From assembly GCA_046538485.1 (NCBI GenBank), contig JBKHIT010000021.1:1-64000 (forward strand): 64,000 bases of DNA. The letters are read 5' to 3'. The notes under the pieces are model-generated. The model saw nothing but the letters and a program-made list of their open reading frames with translations, did no database searches and had not been told where the DNA came from. A program made the translations under genes and the position numbers. Position 1 is the stretch's first letter. Each line of letters starts with the position of its first letter. Shown in pieces: positions 39,292 through 49,281 of this stretch. This DNA comes from Candidatus Brocadiia bacterium (GTDB taxonomy: Bacteria > Planctomycetota > Brocadiia > SM23-32).

Positions 39292-40992
39292 ATGGCAAAA
39301 ATACAAGAAAAACCGAACGTTCTGATCTATTTCATGGACGAACTCCGCGCCGACGTTCTCGGCTGCTACGGGCATCCTTTTGTGCGAACACCGTCCATCG
39401 ACCGCATTGCTTCGGAGGGGATGCGGTTCGACGCGGCTTACAGCAACTGCCCGCTGTGCATGCCCGCTCGGAATTGTTTTTTCACGGGGAAATACCCGAC
39501 CGAGCACGGCGTCACCTCCAACGGACCCGCCGATAAGGAATTCCCCGAACTGGCAAAAAAATACTCAGAAGATCCCCCCACCTACGCTTTCGGCCGCGTC
39601 CTTCGTGCGGCCGGCTACGAGACCATCGCCGGGGTCGGCAAACACCACACGGGATTCTCTCCCGAAATCAGCGGGTTCACCGAATACCAAAGGACTCCAG
39701 ATCGGCGCGGCGCCGGACCGGCGCGATTACCGGACGGAGCTGATCCCGAAAAAAGTCGCCCCGTCATAATCCCCGGTGAGGCGCCGAACACAATTATAGG
39801 CGGAACATACGATGGCGATGCAGAAGACACCCACGCGGCGCACACCATCGACCGAGCGCTGGAATGGCTCAAACAGGCGCCCGGCGAAGAGCCCTGGGTG
39901 CTCCGGGTCAGCATTAACACCCCGCACACGCCGGTGCTCCCGCCCGCACCCTACGACAGCATGCACGAAGACCACGTTCAGAACTGGCAGTTCAGTGATG
40001 AGGAATTTGCTGCCCGTAGCGATATCCCGCGGAAGGCACGGTTCGTGGCGGAACATCCGCCCCATTCCCACAGGGTGGCACTCGCGTTTCCGGGACATCC
40101 TGAGGAAATTCACACGTATCGCTGGACCCGCTACCTCCGCGCGTTGCAGGCGTCCGCCCGTCGCCTGAACGAGGAAACCGGCTGGGACCTCGTCCCCTAT
40201 TTCGACATTGAACCCACCGAGAACGGAGAAATGGCCGATGGATATCACAGGCTGATGGACGACGTACGTTCGGACCGGCTGGCGGGCATCATCTTCGGCT
40301 ACTCACCTCACAATCTCTCGGGAACTGAACTGCTCGCGGAACGCCCCCTGCCAACCGTCTGCCTCACCGGCGGTGCTAAACCCTGGGGACCAAGCATCAT
40401 GGTCGATCGGGAAAAATTACTGGAGAAAGCCGCCTCCTTCTTCGTAGGACACAACCGGTGCCGCCTGGCGGTGGTCACGATCATGAGGGATAACCCTGAA
40501 TCTTTGCCCCCCGTGCTCGAAAAACTGAGCCAACAGTACGGTTTCTATTCCCCGCCCCGATGGATGCACCCAATGGACCCCTACCACCCCAGATGGGTCA
40601 ACCACACCCTCGGAACGATGCTAAAGCGACCGGCCGGAGACCGACCCGATGGATTGATTATCCTTGACGACCACCTGGTCAGGCCGGTGGCCGACGCCCT
40701 GAACGACCTTGGCGTGAGCATTCCCGAAGAACTCCGGATCGTCGGATATTGGAATTTCCCGCTTCGATACGAAGGTGAGACACCGATCATGCGCCTCGGA
40801 CTGGACACAATCGAGCAACTCACCAGAGCACTGCACCTTTTGCGGGAAGAGGATGGCAGCTACCAACCTCCCGGACCGGAAATCCGGCTGGAGCCGATAA
40901 CGGCATCTGAGTTCAAACAGCGTCACGGAACCGATGCGGAAGTGGCCTATGAAATTGAACCTCCAGACAGGGAGTTCAGCAATGTTTATTAA
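39292..40992 (+). CDS. Chimeric ORF: sulfatase N-terminal half fused to the effector domain of a GntR/LacI-type regulator
   Basis: [24 protein letters not shown] (sulfatase), then FVAEHPPH...[10 protein letters not shown]...IPEEL (regulator). The sulfatase C-terminal SDHG/K motifs and the HTH are absent. Confidence 0.8.
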   Translation: MAKIQEKPNVLIYFMDELRADVLGCYGHPFVRTPSIDRIASEGMRFDAAYSNCPLCMPARNCFFTGKYPTEHGVTSNGPADKEFPELAKKYSEDPPTYAFGRVLRAAGYETIAGVGKHHTGFSPEISGFTEYQRTPDRRGAGPARLPDGADPEKSRPVIIPGEAPNTIIGGTYDGDAEDTHAAHTIDRALEWLKQAPGEEPWVLRVSINTPHTPVLPPAPYDSMHEDHVQNWQFSDEEFAARSDIPRKARFVAEHPPHSHRVALAFPGHPEEIHTYRWTRYLRALQASARRLNEETGWDLVPYFDIEPTENGEMADGYHRLMDDVRSDRLAGIIFGYSPHNLSGTELLAERPLPTVCLTGGAKPWGPSIMVDREKLLEKAASFFVGHNRCRLAVVTIMRDNPESLPPVLEKLSQQYGFYSPPRWMHPMDPYHPRWVNHTLGTMLKRPAGDRPDGLIILDDHLVRPVADALNDLGVSIPEELRIVGYWNFPLRYEGETPIMRLGLDTIEQLTRALHLLREEDGSYQPPGPEIRLEPITASEFKQRHGTDAEVAYEIEPPDREFSNVY

Positions 40993-41812
40993 AAACCCTC
41001 TGAGGTCTCGTAAAGCCTTCACACTCATCGAATTGCTCGTAGTCATCGCGATTATTGCCATCCTGGCGGCCATGCTGATGCCGGCGCTCGAACGCGCCCG
41101 GCAGAGCGCGGTCAGCGCTCAATGCGCACAACGCCAACACCAGATAGGTGTCTCGATGCACATGTACTGCAACGATTACAACGATTTCTTTCCCCCTTTC
41201 GGCCCCCCGCCCTACGAACGCGCCGTCACCTATTATTCTGGCACGGATGCTCAGGGTGACGAGTACCTGTGGGACCTGCGGGGATATTTTCAAAGCTACG
41301 GCCACCATAAATCGTTCATCTGTCCCGGATTCATCGGCACGCCCAAATACAACCGTTGGGGCAACCGATGGGCCAATCGCAGGCCGACCGATTTCGACTG
41401 GTACAGTATCGGTCAACATCATCTCACCAACATGGTGGGGTACAATTACTGGGCCTCCGAACGACTGTGGTTCTGGGTCACAAAATACTGCCATACCGGC
41501 GACGAATACTTTCTGCGACTGGGAACGCCAAATCCGAAATCTGCCTACAGCGTTCATCACGAGGGCCGTCCCAGACAGATGATGCTCATTACCTGTTTCG
41601 GGGTCAATACAAACACTCTCTACGGCGGCCGGGGCAATCTGCTGGACGCGCCAGATCCCTTCGAAAACTTTCCCCACAGTCCCGGCAGACCGTCGGGCGG
41701 CAACGTGCTGCTGGGCGACGGAAGCGTCCACTGGGTCAACGCCCAGCAGTGGTTCGCCAACTACTGGCGCCAGATCCCGGATTGGAACGAACTTTCCTGG
41801 AACAAAAATTGA
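40982..41812 (+). CDS. Prepilin-type DUF1559-like protein
   Basis: [22 protein letters not shown]....[11 protein letters not shown]; overlaps the upstream stop. Confidence 0.9.
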   Translation: MFIKNPLRSRKAFTLIELLVVIAIIAILAAMLMPALERARQSAVSAQCAQRQHQIGVSMHMYCNDYNDFFPPFGPPPYERAVTYYSGTDAQGDEYLWDLRGYFQSYGHHKSFICPGFIGTPKYNRWGNRWANRRPTDFDWYSIGQHHLTNMVGYNYWASERLWFWVTKYCHTGDEYFLRLGTPNPKSAYSVHHEGRPRQMMLITCFGVNTNTLYGGRGNLLDAPDPFENFPHSPGRPSGGNVLLGDGSVHWVNAQQWFANYWRQIPDWNELSWNKN

Positions 41813-41878
41813 CCTGACGCCCCCGCCCCTAACCCTTTGAGCATGACGAATCTTGCGATCTCTAAGGAGAACAACTCA

Positions 41879-44800
41879 ATGTCGCGAAAATTAGTTTTGA
41901 TCGTGTTTGCCATCATCCTGCCGATATCGCTCGCCCGCCACGGATCCGCCGCCGCCGGGAAAGGGCGTCACGAACGCATCTACGCCGTTCCAACCCCGGG
42001 CAAAGTTAAAATTGACGGCGACCTCGAAGACTGGGATCTCTCCAGCCAGCTCCATATCTTCATCACCCGCGCCACCAGCGAAATGCGAAGCGCATACCTC
42101 GCCATGATGTACGATCAGCAGGCCCTCTATATCGGCGCCAGGGTCCACGACCAGAGCCCGATGATGAATCGTCACGATCCCAAAGTCGAACCCAAACGCG
42201 CCTGGGACGCCGACGTATGCCAGATTTTCATGACGCTCGATTCGTCAATGGATTATCCGGTCGAAAAAAGCACGTGGAAAAAAGACAGGGACAAAAGGCT
42301 CGTAACAATGATCCTCTGGTACTACACCGACCGCAAAGAGCCCAACATGGCCCTTTTCCAGGGTTTCCCGTTCAACAAACCCCGCCGTCCCGATCTGAAC
42401 AAAAAAGGTGTCATCCCGCACGATCATTTTGACGCCGCCTACCGCAAGTTCGAAAACGAGAAAGGGTATTATTTCGAATACCGGATCCCCTGGAAAACGC
42501 TGGGAAAAGAAGGACCACCGCCCGCCGGGAAGTTCCTCGCCGGCACGACCTGCGTCTTCTGGAGCGATCCGCAGGGGATGAAGACGGCCAAAGGCAATTC
42601 CTGGGCGTACGACGTCATGCGCACCCCGAGTTTCCCGTACCAGACAGCCAGCTGCTGGGGAAAAATCATCTTCCCCGAAAAAGGCAACATCCCGCGCGAA
42701 CTCGTCGAAAAAGGCGTCCCGATCAAAGAACCGTACCCCCTGAAGTTCCGCTACACGCTGCCGGAAGAAGGTTATGTCACCGCGGGGCTCTACGATGAAA
42801 ACGGTCTGCTGATTCGCAATATCGTCGTCGATAAACGTCGTGACGCCGGTGAGGTGGTGGAAAAATGGACCGGACGCGATATCAGAGACGAAATCATCAA
42901 ACCCGGGTCCTACAAATGGCGCGGTATCTACCACGACAAGATCACAACGGAATTCATAACTTCCGTCCATAATTCCGGCACACCGCCCTACAAGACCGAC
43001 GACGGCACCGGCGGATGGGGCGCCGACCACAGCAACCCCCAGACCGCGGCCCGCCTGGGCGACGACATGTTGCTCGGCTGGCGCGTCGCCGAATCCGGCT
43101 GGGGAATCATCCGGATCGATCCGTCGGGCGACAAAAAATGGGGCCTCAAGAACGGCGCGGAATTCCTGGCCGGCGGTGAGAAACGTCTTTTCGCCGCCCG
43201 GCGTCACGGCGAACCTGGCGTCAGAGTCTTCGATGCCCGCGACCGCCGACCGCTCAATTTCGGGTCTGGGAAAAAACGGGCCGACCTGCCGGAGGGCGGA
43301 TCACAAGAAAACAATCACATCAGCGGTCTCGATTACCTCAAAGGCCGCCTCTACATTTCCTACGGCAAACGCGATCTCGTCGCCGTAAACGATGCAAGAA
43401 GTGGAAAAGTTCTGAAAACCTGGGACGTGGCCTCTCCTGGCCGCCTCGTCGCCATCGGAAAAGGCGAAGCGCTGATTCTAAGCGAAGGGAAGGTCCTGCG
43501 CGCGAAAAACGGCAAAGTTTCCACCTTCACCACCCGTCACCTGGACGAACCGGCGGGCATCGCCGTCGACCAGAACGGCCGGGTCTATGTGACGAATCGC
43601 GGGAAACTTCAGAACGCCAGCGTCTTCTCCTCCGATGGCACATACCTCCGCGGAATCGGTACCAGAGGCGGGCGCCCCAGGGTCGGGCGCTACGAATCCG
43701 GCGGAATGCTCGAACCAGGTGGATGCGCCATCGGCCCGGAAGGGAAGCTGTGGGTGGCCGAGACACTGGATGGACCCCGCCGGGTGAGCGTCTGGGATGT
43801 GGAAACCGGCAAGAACACTGACGAGTTTTTCGGGGCGAGCGCCTATTCCGCCTTCGCCTGGATGGACCCGGCCCGTCCGAATGAGGTCTACTGTCACAAC
43901 GTGATCTGGGAAGTGGACCTGGACAAAGGGACCAAACGCCCAAAGGCGACTGTATGGCGTCCGAAAGGGCCGAATTCGCCTCCTGCCACGATGTCAAGTT
44001 TCCAGTATAAACTCCGCGTTCTAACGGCGGAGAACGGGCATCAATATGCCTGGGGCAAAATGAACCACGCCCACCCGTCCTATCTCTTCATTCGCCGGAA
44101 CGACCATTTTATCCCCCTGATGGGGTACATTCAGGTCAACAAACGCTCGAAATTTGTGCCATATCCCCCGTATCCGTTCATGGAGGACCTGGAGGAATAT
44201 CCCCGGGGGCATTATCTCTGGGTCGACAAGAACAGCGATCAACATCTGCAGAAAAGTGAAGTCTCGCCGATCGAAAGGAAATATAGTTTTGAATGGATGG
44301 ACCGGAAACTGAATCTTTACAGTCCCAGCGGATATATCCACAAACCGACGGAAGTCAGGGACGACGGCACGCCTGTCTACGATTTCAAGAACCCCGAAAC
44401 TTTCCCCTCGCTGAAAGGCCACGGCGTCTGGGTCGATCCGCAGGACGGTTCGCTTTACACGAAGATGTATCGCTGGAGACGGGATGGAGAAATGATGTGG
44501 GGGATTCCCGGCTCCGAGCCGCGGTGGCACAAATTCCTCAGTTATCCCGGCCCTTTCCCCGGCGATGTCTGGGGTTTGACATGTCCCCTGGGCGTGGCGG
44601 GGAACTTCACCGGTTCGGCCACATATTTTGGGCACATGCACATTCTGACCCGGGATGGGATTTACGTGGCGATGGTGATGGATCCACCGCCCGGTCAGGG
44701 ACTAAGCCCGCAGAACCTATTGTGCGAATTGTTCTGCGGCCAGCTGGTCAGACCGAAAGGGATGGACAGATTCTTCCTGCTCGGGGGCGATCAGGACGGG

Positions 44801-45601
44801 CGAATTATGGAAGTTCACGGGCTGAACAGCGTGCAATATCTCGACGGCGGGTCCTGTAAAGTAACCGAAGCCATGGCGCAGAAAACGCGGGACGCATGGA
44901 AAGAGTATGAACGCAAGAAGCGGGAGAAACAGGCCCTCGTCATTGCCCGGGGAGGTCGTGAAGCGCTGGAGGAAACCGAGGGGATTCGGGTGGAGGTCGG
45001 TCCGGAACGCCGTTTTAACGTCAAAGCTACGTACGATGCAAAAAACCTGTACTTTCGTTTCCACGTCAACTCGTCCGCCGGTTTGACCAACAGCATAGCG
45101 GATCCTCAGACGATTTACGCCGGCGGAAATTGCCTCGACATCATGCTGGCCACCGATCCCGACGCGCCCAAGGACCGCAAAAAACCGGCGCCCGGCGACC
45201 TCCGGCTGGTGGTCACCCGCCAGAAAGGCAAGCCAAAAGTCGTTATGATTCGACCGAAAGTGAAAGACTTCAAAGGCGATCCTATCGTACTCGAATCGCC
45301 GGTCGACAGGTCCGAGATCGACCATATCGAAAAAGTTGAAGCGGTAGAACTCGATTACAAGAAACACTCCGGTGGTTTCACGGCGACGGTGACGGTGCCG
45401 CAAAAGTTTCTTGGATGGATCCCTCGTCCGGGGACTGCGGTAAAGATGGATTTGGGCTATATTTTCGGCAACAAAACCGGCACGAACGCCGTGAAACGGA
45501 CCTACTGGTCAGACAACAGCTTCGAGGCCAACGTTGTCGACGATATCCCCGACGAAAGCCGCCTCCGACCGGCCGAATGGGGAACGGCTGTAGTGGAATG
45601 A
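41879..45601 (+). CDS. Large secreted protein: CBM9/DOMON-like + FlgD-Ig + NHL/beta-propeller + CBM9-like domains
   Basis: Signal peptide; IDGDLEDW; YTLPEEGYVTAGLYDENG..IRN; EPAGIAVDQNGRVYV; AAGGAG SD. Confidence 0.8.
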   Translation: MSRKLVLIVFAIILPISLARHGSAAAGKGRHERIYAVPTPGKVKIDGDLEDWDLSSQLHIFITRATSEMRSAYLAMMYDQQALYIGARVHDQSPMMNRHDPKVEPKRAWDADVCQIFMTLDSSMDYPVEKSTWKKDRDKRLVTMILWYYTDRKEPNMALFQGFPFNKPRRPDLNKKGVIPHDHFDAAYRKFENEKGYYFEYRIPWKTLGKEGPPPAGKFLAGTTCVFWSDPQGMKTAKGNSWAYDVMRTPSFPYQTASCWGKIIFPEKGNIPRELVEKGVPIKEPYPLKFRYTLPEEGYVTAGLYDENGLLIRNIVVDKRRDAGEVVEKWTGRDIRDEIIKPGSYKWRGIYHDKITTEFITSVHNSGTPPYKTDDGTGGWGADHSNPQTAARLGDDMLLGWRVAESGWGIIRIDPSGDKKWGLKNGAEFLAGGEKRLFAARRHGEPGVRVFDARDRRPLNFGSGKKRADLPEGGSQENNHISGLDYLKGRLYISYGKRDLVAVNDARSGKVLKTWDVASPGRLVAIGKGEALILSEGKVLRAKNGKVSTFTTRHLDEPAGIAVDQNGRVYVTNRGKLQNASVFSSDGTYLRGIGTRGGRPRVGRYESGGMLEPGGCAIGPEGKLWVAETLDGPRRVSVWDVETGKNTDEFFGASAYSAFAWMDPARPNEVYCHNVIWEVDLDKGTKRPKATVWRPKGPNSPPATMSSFQYKLRVLTAENGHQYAWGKMNHAHPSYLFIRRNDHFIPLMGYIQVNKRSKFVPYPPYPFMEDLEEYPRGHYLWVDKNSDQHLQKSEVSPIERKYSFEWMDRKLNLYSPSGYIHKPTEVRDDGTPVYDFKNPETFPSLKGHGVWVDPQDGSLYTKMYRWRRDGEMMWGIPGSEPRWHKFLSYPGPFPGDVWGLTCPLGVAGNFTGSATYFGHMHILTRDGIYVAMVMDPPPGQGLSPQNLLCELFCGQLVRPKGMDRFFLLGGDQDGRIMEVHGLNSVQYLDGGSCKVTEAMAQKTRDAWKEYERKKREKQALVIARGGREALEETEGIRVEVGPERRFNVKATYDAKNLYFRFHVNSSAGLTNSIADPQTIYAGGNCLDIMLATDPDAPKDRKKPAPGDLRLVVTRQKGKPKVVMIRPKVKDFKGDPIVLESPVDRSEIDHIEKVEAVELDYKKHSGGFTATVTVPQKFLGWIPRPGTAVKMDLGYIFGNKTGTNAVKRTYWSDNSFEANVVDDIPDESRLRPAEWGTAVVE

Positions 45602-45648
45602 AACCAGCAGGGGGGCACCGGTTGGGCTGGGATACTCTGGAAGTATTG

Positions 45649-45702
45649 ACCGCGTTCTGAACTCCAGCCCCGCAAGGCGGCGCTGAAGTCCAGTCCGCTC
45701 AT
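45649..45702 (-). repeat. Family A hairpin repeat
   Basis: Nearly identical to 38577-38630. Confidence 0.88.
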
Positions 45703-46082
45703 GTATCACACAAGCGGGAACAGGACCTGTGGACAATCAAGGACGAGCGAGGCATTAATCTTCATGCGATTTCGGGTATTTGCTGATACTCCGGGCGGAA
45801 ACGTTGTGTTGACTCTTGGAGCGTGCACTTTGCTGAGGTCCAAACGATTCCCCCAAAACCAGCTCCAGTGCTTCACCTGTTCAACAGAAACGACCACCCA
45901 TTTCTGTCCACGGAATACGTAGATTACGCGGATCAAACGGCCAACAGCAAAGGGACAGAAAAGACTGAAGGGACGGAAGGGACTGGGGGCGGGTTCCGTC
46001 TTCTCCACTCTCAAAACACCACCACAGCCAGAATGCCGACCGTTTCAATATTTCCTCACCCGGTCAATGTCATGCCGCTTTC

Positions 46083-46952
46083 TTATTGCAGCGGATCGTA
46101 CCACGGCATCGCACTGGATTGATCCGGTCCGTAGAAGAAACGCGTGCGGTAACCGTTTTTGATCAGAGATGTGCAATCGCTCGGAATTGCGAACCCGCTC
46201 CAGGCATCGTTATGGCTCACCTGCCACCCGGGGGGACAGTACATGGTCCCCGTATACGTGTACTCGTAGTTATGCCATGTCACGTGACCATCGCTGTAGG
46301 CTGCATTTCCCCCGCGGATATCCTCCAGTTTTCCGTGGTTGCTGTCGTGATAATCGTTCCACGCCCAGTTTTCCCACCGGCGGCGGAAATCGACCCGGTC
46401 CATGAACAAAAGAGAAGGATAACCATAACGGCTCACGATCCGACCGATGTTGTTCAATCGATAAGACATATAGAAATGCGGAACAACCAGCTCGTTGTTA
46501 GGCTCAAGGAACCCCGCTTGCCCGAGATAGAAATACGTGGAATGGTGATGGGCCCAACCGCCGCCGAGATCCGTGAAATCGCCGTTAGACGGACAGCGCA
46601 ACAGGTGGGATGTATCGTGTCGGTCGGTGACCGGGCCGCTCAAATACTCGGAGATAAATCTGGTCGTCGGGCCGTGCCATTTGTTCCAGGGAATCGTGCC
46701 GCTGTTCTTGGGCGTGCCCCAGGCACCAAGTTAATCGGAGACGCGTCGTCCCGCCGCATACGGCAATCCTCCGTCCCAATCATTGGTGTAAAGAAATAGG
46801 CCCGTCGTTATCTGCTTGAGCCTGCTGGCACAGCTGACCTGTCGGGCCGCCTCCCGCGCACTCTCAAGCGCCGGCATCAGCATGGCCGCGAGGATTGCGA
46901 TGATGGCAATCACCACAAGCAGTTCAATAAGTGTAAAAGCCGATCGCCTCAC
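46083..46952 (-). pseudogene. Prepilin-type DUF1559-like gene interrupted by one in-frame TAA (46731-46733)
   Basis: SAFTLIELL...GRRVSD*LGAWGTPKNSG...LRCPS...NH......GGNAAYSDGHV, all in one frame. Confidence 0.85.
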
Positions 46953-47136
46953 GGGCGCATTTCTCCTCAGAGGGACTTTTGCACGTGACCCCGTCGTTTC
47001 ATAAACTGACAGAAGAATCTCCGCTGCAATCGGTTGTAAAATAAGGAGCAGAAACCTCCTGGCTCAAGCGCGATTTGTTATAGTAGTTTATAAAACAATA
47101 GTGGCCTGTCAAGGACTTTACCGACTTCTGGAGCGT

Positions 47137-47191
47137 GAGCGAACTGGACTTCAGGACCGCTCTGCGGGACTGGAGTTCAGAACGCGGTGCA
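47137..47191 (+). repeat. Family A hairpin repeat
   Basis: gagcgaactggacttcag gaccgctctgcggga ctggagttcagaacgcggtgca. Confidence 0.85.
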
Positions 47192-47462
47192 AACATGGGA
47201 AAATGGCCTTTGGCCCTGACGGCCCGGTCCACTGGAGCCTCCTCTGCGCGAGGCCATAGAGCCCGAGGAGCCTATGCTACATGCGTTTCTTAACCACCGT
47301 CCACTATCGTAGCTGCGTTACGTTGTCCTTTTACCTCATCGTTCTACCTTGTCTTGTTTTGCGCACACCCGGGGAAACCGGTACAAACGCGCGGGGGCTG
47401 GTTTCATCACGGCAAAAATGCTAATATTTTACTGTTGGAACAAGGCCAGAAAGAGGAACTCC

Positions 47463-48530
47463 ATGAAAATTGCCAAAGAAAACGCCGAAAAGAGCAGAGA
47501 ACGCGTCGAAGCCTGGTGGAACCACGAGATTATCGACCGAGCCGTTGTGAACGTAACTGCCCCCCTCAAAGACGCCGACAACGAGGTAATTGATGAAGTC
47601 GAAGACGTCCAGCGATACTTCACAGACCCGGAGGTTGTCATTCCCCTCACGGAAAACAGGCTGGCAAATACGTATTTCGGAGGCGAAGCGTTCCCGGTCG
47701 CCCCGGGCGTGCCCACCAGTTTCGTCGCGATCACGGCCAGCTACCTGGGATGCCCTGTCACATTCCTGAACCGGTCAACTGTCTGGTGCGAACCAATCAT
47801 CGACGATCCCAATCATTTGCCTGACCTGAGTTTCAACCCTGATAACAAATGGTGGAAGGCGTCCCGGCGCATGATGGAAGCTTTCGTGGAGAGGGCCGAC
47901 GGCTATCACGTGGGCATTCCCGATCTGAATGGCCCCACGGAACTGCTGGCCAGGTTGCGCGGGACGCAGAAGCTCGCGTTGGATTTCATCGACAATCCCG
48001 AATATATCAAGTCGGCAATCGATAAAATCACCGACGCCTGGTACCGCTACTGGGAGGAATCGGTCAAGATAACCCGGGAAACCGGGGGCTATTTCTACTG
48101 GATGGGAATATGGTCGGATCGACCCTCCATCGATCTGCAATCGGACTTTTCCTGCATGATTTCGCCGGAGCAGTTTCGGGAATATTTTCTCCCCTCCATC
48201 GAAAAGCAGACGCACATGGTCGAGCGCACTGTCTATCATCTCGATGGGCCCGATGCCGTCAGGCATCTCGATGCCCTTTTGGAACTGCCGGACCTCGATG
48301 GGATTCAGTGGATACCCGGGGCGGGCGCAAAACCAACGGTGGAATGGATCCCCCTGTTGAAGCGGATTCAAGATGGCGGAAAACTCGTGTATGTCCATTG
48401 CCGTCCCGAGAGTGTCGAAACGCTGCTTGACGAGCTCCGACCCGAGGGTCTCATGATGGTCACATCCTGCGGCAGCGTGGAACAAGCTAAAAATCTGCTG
48501 AAAAATGCGGAAAAGTGGAGCGCGCGGTGA
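47463..48530 (+). CDS. Uroporphyrinogen decarboxylase-fold / corrinoid methyltransferase-like protein
   Basis: LRGTQKLALD, QSDFSCMISP, YHLDG, IQWIPGAG; GAGG SD. Confidence 0.75.
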   Translation: MKIAKENAEKSRERVEAWWNHEIIDRAVVNVTAPLKDADNEVIDEVEDVQRYFTDPEVVIPLTENRLANTYFGGEAFPVAPGVPTSFVAITASYLGCPVTFLNRSTVWCEPIIDDPNHLPDLSFNPDNKWWKASRRMMEAFVERADGYHVGIPDLNGPTELLARLRGTQKLALDFIDNPEYIKSAIDKITDAWYRYWEESVKITRETGGYFYWMGIWSDRPSIDLQSDFSCMISPEQFREYFLPSIEKQTHMVERTVYHLDGPDAVRHLDALLELPDLDGIQWIPGAGAKPTVEWIPLLKRIQDGGKLVYVHCRPESVETLLDELRPEGLMMVTSCGSVEQAKNLLKNAEKWSAR

Positions 48531-48647
48531 GTTCGGGGAACGGCCTAAGGGAGCGCAAAGCCTCCGAGACGACGTGGACGCGAGCCGACTTTCAAACACG
48601 GTGCCGATGCCGGCGGCCCCAAATCCCATCCCCTGGCGTTGGCATTT

Positions 48648-48699
48648 GAGCAGACTGGACTTCAGCACCGCTCCGGCGGGGCTGGAGTTCAGAATGCGG
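48648..48699 (+). repeat. Family A hairpin repeat
   Basis: gagcagactggacttcag caccgctccggcgggg ctggagttcagaatgcgg. Confidence 0.85.
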
Positions 48700-49281
48700 C
48701 ATAATAAAGCCGAATGTCAAGAAGCTCTAAAAACCTTCAAAAAATTAGGGGACCAAATGAAAGCGGCGCTATTGCGCGCGCCCTCCGCCAGACAAACGGC
48801 GGACAAGTCCAAAGCCAGCGCTCTGCGATGGCAAGGTAGGTCCATACGTAGATTGTCGTGAACGCGACATGGGAAGCGGGTTCCCAGAATCGATGTCTGT
48901 CAAAGACCCCTCCGCGGAGCGCTATGGGACGTGGTGAGCAGTTCGGCCACGCTGAACGGAGCACCGCTTTCTTAAATGTCCTTGTGAGTTTCCCACCATT
49001 CCGCCTCAAGTCCCGCTTTGCCCGCCGCGGGGCGGACTCAGCTGAACTCGAGTCTCCATTTACGTGCGCGAAGCACTGTGGAGTGCAGTAAGCTTTGTCC
49101 GTTTCCCAACGCAACGGACCGCTGACGCGGTCCACTACGAGCACGTTTCAGTGATTTGTACGTTCCCGGAGTTATTGCAAGCTAAGATATCAATGTCCGG
49201 TTCGTAGTGACTCCCTTCAGGGGCTCGGTCGTTTGTCTGTTTCTGTGCCGTTATCTTCCTAAGTTCGAGTACACAGCCCCT

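Noticed and set aside
45703..46082. Transposase remnant between convergent genes
   Set aside because: Only short low-complexity repeats (gggac..aagggac); no HUH or DDE motif recognisable.
46731..46733. Stop-codon recoding or alternative genetic code
   Set aside because: TAA terminates many intact genes here, and this is a single isolated case.
40982..46952. Diversity-generating retroelement acting on the variable pilins
   Set aside because: No reverse transcriptase and no template/variable repeat pair with adenine-specific differences seen in the window.
481..48699. Family A repeats as a CRISPR array
   Set aside because: Copies are kilobases apart, in both orientations, with no regular spacers and no cas genes.
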